A DNA stretch of 50,171 bases from Gaiellaceae bacterium (GTDB lineage: Bacteria > Actinomycetota > Thermoleophilia > Gaiellales > Gaiellaceae): assembly GCA_035317565.1 (NCBI GenBank), contig DATHGN010000086.1, positions 1 to 50,171 on the forward strand, written 5' to 3'. The notes below the pieces were generated by a model. The model did not search any database, was not told the origin of the DNA, and saw nothing but the letters and a program-made list of their open reading frames with translations. Of the stretch, positions 43,396 to 50,171 are shown in pieces. The position numbers were made by a program, and so were the translations under genes. Numbering within the stretch: the stretch's first letter is position 1; every line of letters begins with the position of its first letter.

Positions 43396-44093
43396 GACGC
43401 CTCCGTCATCGGACGGAACGCGGTCTCGAGAATGCGATGGTTGCGCGGCCGGGTGAGCACAAAGAGGACGACGTCCGCGACGTCGTCCGCACTCATCATC
43501 CCCGCGAGCGCGTCGTGTGTCCGCCCTCGTCCCGGTTCGAGTGCGAAATCGGTCGCCACGCCGCCAGGGCAGACGTTCGTGCAGCGGACGCCGCGTTCAC
43601 GCAGCTCATGGTCGAGCGCGCGCGTGAATCCGACCTGCGCGAACTTCGAGGAGCAGTAGACCGCCTCGAGCGGAAGACCGCGACGCCCCGCCTCTGACGC
43701 GAGCGTGACGATGTCAGCCTCGCCGCTCTCGAGCAGGTGCGGGAGCGCGGCACGGACGGCATACAGCGTTCCTTTCACGTTAACGTCGATCATCTCCTCG
43801 AGGAAGTCGGGCGCAAGTTCGAGGAAGGGACCATACGCACCGACGCCGGCGTTCGGGACCAGGATGTCCAGCCGGCCGAAGGCGTTCACGGTCGCGGAAA
43901 CGATGTCCTCCACCTGCGCGGCATCGCGGACGTCGCAGGGCTGCGCGACCGCGTCTGTAATGCCGAGGTCGTCCCCACTCCGGGACGCAAGTCCCAGCTT
44001 GACACCCTCCTCCGCGAGCCGTCGTGCGACCGCGGCCCCGATGCCGCGGCTTGCCCCGGTGACGAGGGCAACCTTTCCGTCGAGCGTCGTCAT
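43386..44093 (-). CDS. short-chain dehydrogenase/reductase (SDR)
   Basis: TGASRGIG and YCSSK catalytic motifs. Confidence 0.9.
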   Translation of the reverse strand: MTTLDGKVALVTGASRGIGAAVARRLAEEGVKLGLASRSGDDLGITDAVAQPCDVRDAAQVEDIVSATVNAFGRLDILVPNAGVGAYGPFLELAPDFLEEMIDVNVKGTLYAVRAALPHLLESGEADIVTLASEAGRRGLPLEAVYCSSKFAQVGFTRALDHELRERGVRCTNVCPGGVATDFALEPGRGRTHDALAGMMSADDVADVVLFVLTRPRNHRILETAFRPMTEASWG

Positions 44094-45520
44094 GCGTCCT
44101 CCAAAGGTCGAAGGGCTGGATAGAGCAGTTGGAAGCGGCGGTAACCATGCTCATAGGCGTCAACCCACTGAGGGTCCGGGTCGACCGGGTCGAGCAGACG
44201 GACACAGGTGGAGACCGCCTCGTGCACATCGCGAAAGACTCCGGCGGCCACGCCGCCTAGTAGCGCCGCTCCATAGGCGGAGCCCTCGTCGACCGTGGTG
44301 CGCCGCATGGGCAGGCCGAGGACCGAGGCGAGAATGCGAAGCCAGAGCTCACTGCGGGCTCCGCCACCGGAGACGTGGCCTGCGCGCGGGTCGACCCCGA
44401 GCTCGCGCAGCAGCTCGAGCGAGTCGCGGAGGCCGTAGGCGACCCCCTCCAGGAGGGCGCGGACGAGCGCCCCGCGGTCGTGGCGAAGCGTGAGCCCGGC
44501 GAAAGCGGCCCGGGCGTGCGGGTCCGCGTGGGGCGTCCGCTCACCGGAGAGGTAGGGCAGGAAGGTGAGCCCCTCGGTGCCCGCCGGCCATTCCTCGGCC
44601 GCCGCGGTCAGCTCGTCATACCCGCCCCGGGAGCCGAGAACGTCACGCAACCAGCGCAGCGACCCCGCCGCGGACAACATCACCCCCATGGCGTGCCAGC
44701 CGCCCGGAACGGCGTGGCAGAACGCGTGCACGCGCGCCTGCGGATCGGCGGCGAAGGCCGGCAGCGCAGCAAATACGACGCCTGACGTACCGAGCACTAC
44801 CGAGACCGGTCCCGGCCGGTCGACGCCGACGCCGAGTGCCGCCGCCGCTTGGTCGCCGGCACCCGCGGCGACCGGAATGCCGGCGGCCGTCTCGCCCGAG
44901 ACCTCCGGCGACTCGAGGGCTCGTGGGAGCCAGGCAGCGTCGACCTCGAGAGCCTCGAGCATTTCCCGACTCCAGCGCCGCCTCGCAACGTCGAACAGGA
45001 GGGTCCCGGACGCGTCCGCGGCGTCGATCGCGTGCTCGCCCGTTAGACGCAGGCGGACGTAGTCCTTGGGCAGCAGCACGTGTGCGACCTGCGCGTACGT
45101 CGTCGGCTCGTGCCGGCGCAGCCACAACAGCTTCGGCGCGGTGAAGCCTGTGAGCGCACGATTCCCGGTCAGCTGGATCAACCGGGTGAGCCCGACCCGC
45201 TGCTCGATCTCGACGCACTCTGCTTCCGTCCGCTGGTCGTTCCACAGGATCGCCGGCCGAAGTACGTGATCTCGATCGTCGAGAACGACGAGGCCGTGCA
45301 TCTGACCCGAGAGGCCGATCGAGGTCGTTTCGCCCCCGAGCACGGCCAGCGCCCGCTCGGCTGCCCGCCACCAGTCTTCGGGATCCTGTTCCGCCCACCC
45401 GGGGTGCGGGGTCGAGAGCTCGTAGCTCTCCTCGGCCCGGGCCAGCACATCGCCTTCCGGCGAAAGCGCGAGCGCCTTGACACCCGTTGTGCCGACGTCG
45501 AGACCGACGAGCTGAGTCAC
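44090..45520 (-). CDS. xylB: FGGY carbohydrate kinase, xylulokinase-like
   Basis: GLDVGTTGVKA, GWAEQDPEDWW, C-terminal FGGY pattern. Confidence 0.85.
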   Translation of the reverse strand: MTQLVGLDVGTTGVKALALSPEGDVLARAEESYELSTPHPGWAEQDPEDWWRAAERALAVLGGETTSIGLSGQMHGLVVLDDRDHVLRPAILWNDQRTEAECVEIEQRVGLTRLIQLTGNRALTGFTAPKLLWLRRHEPTTYAQVAHVLLPKDYVRLRLTGEHAIDAADASGTLLFDVARRRWSREMLEALEVDAAWLPRALESPEVSGETAAGIPVAAGAGDQAAAALGVGVDRPGPVSVVLGTSGVVFAALPAFAADPQARVHAFCHAVPGGWHAMGVMLSAAGSLRWLRDVLGSRGGYDELTAAAEEWPAGTEGLTFLPYLSGERTPHADPHARAAFAGLTLRHDRGALVRALLEGVAYGLRDSLELLRELGVDPRAGHVSGGGARSELWLRILASVLGLPMRRTTVDEGSAYGAALLGGVAAGVFRDVHEAVSTCVRLLDPVDPDPQWVDAYEHGYRRFQLLYPALRPLEDA

Positions 45521-46515
45521 TCGCCGAGTGCCGCGTAGACCAGCTCGTACGCGGCGACGGCGTCCTTCTCCCTCTGCGCCGCTCGCAGCGCGGCGTCGTC
45601 AATCCGCGCCGCGATGGAGTCGATGAAGCGCCACTGCAGCACGCTGCGCCGTGTAGCGGCCACTGCGTCCTCCGTATACGGATACAGATCGAAGCCGAGC
45701 CGTTCGCCGTTGTCGCCGTAGCCGGCACGGCGGAGCTCGACCGCGAGCTCGAGCGTCTCCATGAACCGGATCGTGCCGACCATGTTGTCGTCGTCGAACG
45801 TGCCCCAACCGTCGTTCGCGTGCTGGTGCCCGAGTAGTCCTTCGTCGGCGAGCAGCGCCGCGTTCTCCGCGAGGCTCTCGCCGTTCATGAGCAGGTGCTG
45901 CCAGTCCATGTTGACCTGCACGTTGTCGATTCCCTGCGCACGCAGCTTGTGGATCACGTGCAGCGTCATGCCGACGTTGCGCATGAGGATCTTCATCGCC
46001 GGCTCCGAGTTCTTGTGCTCGAGGAAGATCTTGATGCCGTGTTTCGCCGCCCGTTCGGCGGCCAGTCCGACACCCTCGATCAGCCACTGCCACGACTCTC
46101 CGTACGGGCTCTGAAACGGGTAGTTGTAGCCCTCGATCCCGGGCCAGATGATGAACGGGGCCCCGAGCTCTCCGGCGAAGTCGACCGCGTCGAGCGTTCG
46201 CTTCACGGCCTCCGCGCGCGTCGTGTCGTCAGGCGAGACGAGCCCGCCGCGGCCGAAGCGCGGGTCGAGGTGGAGGCCTGTCGCGACCGCGTAGATGTCA
46301 TGACCGTCAAGGGCCGCCCGCACCTCGTCGAGGTTGTCGGGCGACAGCTCTTGCGGGTAGTGGAATTCGTAGCCGTCCATCAGGTCTCCGAGACCTTCGA
46401 CAGCTCGCCGCACACGTTCGCTGGTCGTCTGGTTCGCGAGCTCGGGCTTGTAGCCGGCCGGAACGAACCTCGTCGCCATCGAACCGAACGCCCAGATTCC
46501 GAGCGAGGTCTTCAT
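45517..46515 (-). CDS. xylose-isomerase-like TIM-barrel sugar isomerase/epimerase
   Basis: 332 aa. KIFLEHKNSEP and a metal-ligand-like HANDGWG. Operonic with the kinase. Confidence 0.8.
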   Translation of the reverse strand: MKTSLGIWAFGSMATRFVPAGYKPELANQTTSERVRRAVEGLGDLMDGYEFHYPQELSPDNLDEVRAALDGHDIYAVATGLHLDPRFGRGGLVSPDDTTRAEAVKRTLDAVDFAGELGAPFIIWPGIEGYNYPFQSPYGESWQWLIEGVGLAAERAAKHGIKIFLEHKNSEPAMKILMRNVGMTLHVIHKLRAQGIDNVQVNMDWQHLLMNGESLAENAALLADEGLLGHQHANDGWGTFDDDNMVGTIRFMETLELAVELRRAGYGDNGERLGFDLYPYTEDAVAATRRSVLQWRFIDSIAARIDDAALRAAQREKDAVAAYELVYAALGE

Positions 46516-46575
46516 GTCGCGCCCTCCTGAGACATTTGGGGCTCACTGTTGCCGTGCGCAGCCTAGTATCACGTC

Positions 46576-47031
46576 GTGACCAAAAGCGAGGCGCGCGAGC
46601 GGGCGGCGGCCATGCTCGACGAGGCCGGGATCGTGCTGACGCCGCGTGAGCGTGAGAGCATCGAGATTGCGGACTTCGGTCTCGGCCGCCTCGAGGAAAT
46701 CGGACTGCAGATCGTTGTCTACGTAAATACCGACCGCGTGTGCGCAAAGGAGCTCGTCCTGTTCCCGCACCAGCGTTGCCCGGAGCACCGACACCCACCG
46801 GTCGAGGGCGAGCCGGGCAAGGAGGAGACGTTCCGCGTCCGCCGCGGTGCCGTGCACCTGCACGTCGACGGCGCAGGCGAGATTCTGCTGGGGCCGGGCG
46901 AGCAGTACACGGTCCCGCCGGACACGCTCCATTCATTCGAGGCGGGCGACGAAGGCGCAATCGTCTCGGAGTTCTCGACGACGAGCCGCGACACCCTCGA
47001 CGTCTTTACCGACCCGGAGATCGTGCGTTAG
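46576..47031 (+). CDS. D-lyxose/D-mannose ketol-isomerase family cupin
   Basis: IEIADFGLG...[18 protein letters not shown]...[11 protein letters not shown] pattern. Confidence 0.75.
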   Translation: MTKSEARERAAAMLDEAGIVLTPRERESIEIADFGLGRLEEIGLQIVVYVNTDRVCAKELVLFPHQRCPEHRHPPVEGEPGKEETFRVRRGAVHLHVDGAGEILLGPGEQYTVPPDTLHSFEAGDEGAIVSEFSTTSRDTLDVFTDPEIVR

Positions 47032-47060
47032 CGAGCCTGCAGGTGAAGTACAGTCGACGG

Positions 47061-48758
47061 GTGACTGAAGCGCCGGTCGACGCCCTCCGCCGACGGGCCC
47101 GCACCGAGTTGCTCGAGGGCGCCGAGCGTGCTCCTGCACGCGCGCACTTCCGAGCGATGGGCGTCGACCCGGCGCGGCTCGGCGGACCGATCATCGGCGT
47201 CGCGTCGACGTGGACGGGAACGATGCCCTGCAACCTCAACCAGCGCGAGCTAGCGGACCGCGTGAGCGAGGGCGTCACCGCCGCGGGCGGCCTTGCGCTT
47301 GGCTTCAACACGATCGCGGTTTCCGACAACCAGTCGCAAGGAACCCCGGGTATGCGGGCTTCGCTGATCTCGCGCGAGGTGATCGCCGACTCGATCGAGC
47401 TGATGGTTCATGCGCATGACTTCGACGGGCTCGTGTGTCTCGTCGGTTGCGACAAGACGGTTCCTGCCGCGCTGATGGCGCTCGCACGCGTGGACAAGCC
47501 TGCGGTGCTCGTTTACAGCGGTCCAATGCGCGCCGGCCGCTGGCGCGAACGCGACGTGACGATCCAGGACGTGTGGGAGGCGGTGGGGGCGGAAGAACGC
47601 GGGCTCATGTCGCGGGAGGACCTCGACGAGCTCGAGCGCCTCGCCTGTCCGGGCGCGGGCACGTGTGCAGGACACTTCACCGCCAACACGATGGCCGTCG
47701 CGCTCGACTGCCTCGGAATCGCGTGCGTCGGGGATGCGCTCGTGCCGGCGGACGAGCACGAGCTGAAAGGGGAAGCAGCTGCCCGCGCCGGTGCCCTCGC
47801 CGTGCAGCTCGTCGAGCTGGGCGTGACCGCACGCCGTTTCCTCGACCGGCGCGCGCTCCTGAACGCGATGGCCGGCATCGCAGCAACCGGCGGCTCGGCG
47901 AACGGCGTCCTTCACCTGCTCGCGATCGCCCACGAAGGGAGCGTGCCGCTGACGCTCGAGGACCTGACAGGCGTCGCGAGCCGAACGCCGGTGATCGCGA
48001 ACCTCGCGCCCTCAGGACGCTGGATGGCAGCGGACCTCCACCGTGTTGGCGGCACGCGTGCCGTGATCCGCGAGCTGGTGCGCGGCGGGCACGTCGACGG
48101 TGCGGCGCCGACCGTCGACGGGAGGACGCTCGCGGACGCCACCGTGGACGCGCCACAGCCAGACGGCGAGGTCGTCTCCACACTGGAGGAGCCGTTCGAG
48201 CCGACAGGCGCATTACATACGCTCCGCGGCAACCTTGCGCCCGAGGGGAGTCTCGTCAAGCTCTCCGGAACGAAGCGGCGCTCGCATCGCGGCCCCGCAC
48301 GGGTGTTCGAGAGCGAGGAGGCATGCACCGACGGCGTGCGCGCGGGACTCGTCGCGGAGGGCGACGTGCTCGTCGTACGCAATGAAGGCCCCGCAGGCGG
48401 GCCGGGTATGCGCGAGATGCTGAGCGTCACGGCGTCTGTGGTCGGCGCCGGCCTCGGCGAATCCGTCGCACTCGTCACCGACGGCCGCTTTTCCGGCGCG
48501 ACCCGCGGGCTGATGGTCGGCCACGTCGCGCCCGAGGCCGCACGCGGCGGACCGCTTGCGGTTGTGCGAGACGGTGACGTGATCGCAATCGACGTGGACG
48601 AAGGCACGCTCGTCGTCGAGCTGGACGAGCGCGAGCTCACAGAGCGGCTCACCGGTTGGCAGCCCCCTCCCCCGCGCTATGACTTCGGAGTGTTCGCGCG
48701 CTACCGAGCGCTCGTCTCTTCCGCGTCCGAAGGCGCCGTTCTGGTTCCGCCCTCGTGA
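47061..48758 (+). CDS. IlvD/Edd family dehydratase (sugar-acid or dihydroxy-acid)
   Basis: [37 protein letters not shown]. Start GTG 47061, or alternatively 47043. Confidence 0.9.
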   Translation: MTEAPVDALRRRARTELLEGAERAPARAHFRAMGVDPARLGGPIIGVASTWTGTMPCNLNQRELADRVSEGVTAAGGLALGFNTIAVSDNQSQGTPGMRASLISREVIADSIELMVHAHDFDGLVCLVGCDKTVPAALMALARVDKPAVLVYSGPMRAGRWRERDVTIQDVWEAVGAEERGLMSREDLDELERLACPGAGTCAGHFTANTMAVALDCLGIACVGDALVPADEHELKGEAAARAGALAVQLVELGVTARRFLDRRALLNAMAGIAATGGSANGVLHLLAIAHEGSVPLTLEDLTGVASRTPVIANLAPSGRWMAADLHRVGGTRAVIRELVRGGHVDGAAPTVDGRTLADATVDAPQPDGEVVSTLEEPFEPTGALHTLRGNLAPEGSLVKLSGTKRRSHRGPARVFESEEACTDGVRAGLVAEGDVLVVRNEGPAGGPGMREMLSVTASVVGAGLGESVALVTDGRFSGATRGLMVGHVAPEAARGGPLAVVRDGDVIAIDVDEGTLVVELDERELTERLTGWQPPPPRYDFGVFARYRALVSSASEGAVLVPPS

Positions 48759-49561
48759 AAGACGTGTGCCGGCGGACCACTCACTCCCGGCTGCGTGACG
48801 TAGACGTTTCCGTCGGGCGCCGCCGTCGTCACGAAGAGCGAGCGTCCATCGTCCCCACCGAAACAGCACGAGGTGACATTCTCCGCCGGCACTGCGAGCA
48901 CGGCGTCGAGGTGGCCGCTCTCGTCGTAGCGATGAACGCAGCTCCCTCCGTAGAGCGCCACCCAGACGCCGCCCTCGTCGTCGACGGTGAGCCCGTCGGG
49001 GATGCCCTCATTCTCGTCGATCGAGACGAACGGCCGCCGATCGTCGACACGGCCCGATGCGAGTTCGAAGTCGAAGATGTCGACGCGCTGCACGGGCGAG
49101 TCGATGTAGTACATGCGGGTGTCGTCTCGCGTCCAGCCGATTCCATTCGAAAGCGTCACCTCGTCGAGCACTCGCTGGAGCCTGCCGTCGTAGCGGTAGA
49201 GCGCGCCCGCGCCGGGCGTTTGGTCGAGCCCCATCGTTCCGATCCAGAAGCGGCCGGCAGCGTCGCACGCGCCGTCGTTCGAGCGCAGCGCCGACCCGTG
49301 CGGCAGCCGAACGAGGGTACGCACCGACTCGTCGGCCAGATCCACGAGCGCCAGACGGTCGGCCAACGCGACCAGCACCGCGCCGCTGCTGGTGGGCGCC
49401 GCCGCGCCCACCATTGCGTCGAGGCCAATCGCGCGGTCCTCCTCGCTCTCGAGAATGTGCAATTCGCAACCTTCGATGTCGACCCACAGCAGGCGCCGTG
49501 TGGCGGCATCCCAGCGTGGTCCTTCTGCGAGCTTCGCGTTCGCGCGTACAGCGATCTCCAC
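48701..49561 (-). CDS. SMP-30/gluconolactonase/LRE family protein
   Basis: EGPRWD...LLWVDI...[16 protein letters not shown]...SNGIGW. Confidence 0.85.
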   Translation of the reverse strand: MEIAVRANAKLAEGPRWDAATRRLLWVDIEGCELHILESEEDRAIGLDAMVGAAAPTSSGAVLVALADRLALVDLADESVRTLVRLPHGSALRSNDGACDAAGRFWIGTMGLDQTPGAGALYRYDGRLQRVLDEVTLSNGIGWTRDDTRMYYIDSPVQRVDIFDFELASGRVDDRRPFVSIDENEGIPDGLTVDDEGGVWVALYGGSCVHRYDESGHLDAVLAVPAENVTSCCFGGDDGRSLFVTTAAPDGNVYVTQPGVSGPPAHVFHEGGTRTAPSDAEETSAR

Positions 49562-49575
49562 CTCGGGAGAATCGC

Positions 49576-50171
49576 ATGATCGTGATGCGTTTCGCCGGCA
49601 AGCGTGCGCTCGTCACAGGCGCCGGGTCGGGGATCGGCGCGGCGGTCGCGCGCCTGCTCGCTGCCGAGGGCGCAAAGGTCGTAGCGGCAGACCTCACCGG
49701 AACCGAGGTCCACCTTGACGTCCGCGACGAGGCGGAGGTTGCTGCTGTCGCGTGTGATGTCGACGTCCTCGTCAACGTCGCAGGCATCGGTTCGACGACC
49801 AACGCACCGGAGACACCGATCGACGTTTGGGAGGACGTTTTCGCCGTGAACGTGCGCGGGACGTTCCTTTGCTGCAAACACGCGATTCCGAGCATGATCG
49901 CGCGCGGCGGCGGGTCGATCGTCAACATCGCGTCCGTCGCTGCGCTCGTGGGCCTTCGCAACCGGGCGGCGTATTGCGCGTCCAAAGGCGCGGTGGTCTC
50001 GCTGACTCGTGCGCTCGCAGTCGACCATGTGCACGACGGCATCCGCGTCAACGCCGTCTGCCCGGGAACCGTCGACTCACCGTGGGTGCGGCGGCTCGTC
50101 GAGGAGGCAGGCGAATCGCTCGAAGACCTGACGGCGCGGCAGCCGCTCGGCCGGCTGGGGACACCTGAGGA
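49576..50171 (+). CDS. SDR family oxidoreductase (3' end outside the window)
   Basis: Open frame from ATG 49576 to the window edge. TGAGSGIG, NIASVAA, YCASKGAV. Absent from the track because there is no stop. Confidence 0.85.
   Translation, partial: MIVMRFAGKRALVTGAGSGIGAAVARLLAAEGAKVVAADLTGTEVHLDVRDEAEVAAVACDVDVLVNVAGIGSTTNAPETPIDVWEDVFAVNVRGTFLCCKHAIPSMIARGGGSIVNIASVAALVGLRNRAAYCASKGAVVSLTRALAVDHVHDGIRVNAVCPGTVDSPWVRRLVEEAGESLEDLTARQPLGRLGTPE

Noticed and set aside
46740-47060. 5' extension of the IlvD/Edd ORF, and the Arg-rich ORFs at 47435..48385 and 47677..48213
   Set aside because: The extension overlaps the well-supported lyxose-isomerase-like gene in another frame. The other ORFs are alternative-frame or antisense artefacts within the dehydratase gene.

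Overview
High-GC (Actinomycetota-like) chromosomal window. From about 21.2 kb rightwards it looks like core genome: tRNA-Gly, RNase HI, aldehyde dehydrogenase, PadR, an EF-G paralog, a FliA/WhiG sigma factor, tRNA-Trp, an envelope glycan cluster, dinB, an M29 aminopeptidase, leucine-catabolism genes (methylcrotonyl-CoA carboxylase beta, enoyl-CoA hydratase) and a pentose/lyxose-type sugar cluster. The most interesting part is 3.1-21.2 kb. A perfect 45-bp direct repeat of the 3' half of tRNA-Gly(GCC) (3093-3137 and 21165-21209) brackets an ~18-kb island. The island carries a 5'-truncated tyrosine integrase, an orphan UvrD-like helicase, a SAM methyltransferase, a K+ channel, two YihY/BrkB paralogs, a ZIP transporter, two divergent DUF1254/DUF1214 paralogs and a large LuxR-family (LAL/MalT-like) regulator. 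Around that regulator I found five copies of a ~24-bp imperfect dyad box. Four of them sit at a fixed 21-22 nt from a conserved [G/C]ATAGT hexamer, which suggests an island-encoded regulon of small stress or membrane genes. The same region is a mosaic of duplicated promoter and gene-end modules, gene remnants (a STAS fragment, a CMD fragment), 14-codon upstream ORFs and tmRNA/tRNA-like 3'-end fragments. Several plausible ORFs shorter than 60 aa are missing from the ORF track. No CRISPR array, rRNA or IS transposase was seen. All functional calls rest on motif recognition by eye, not on database searches.
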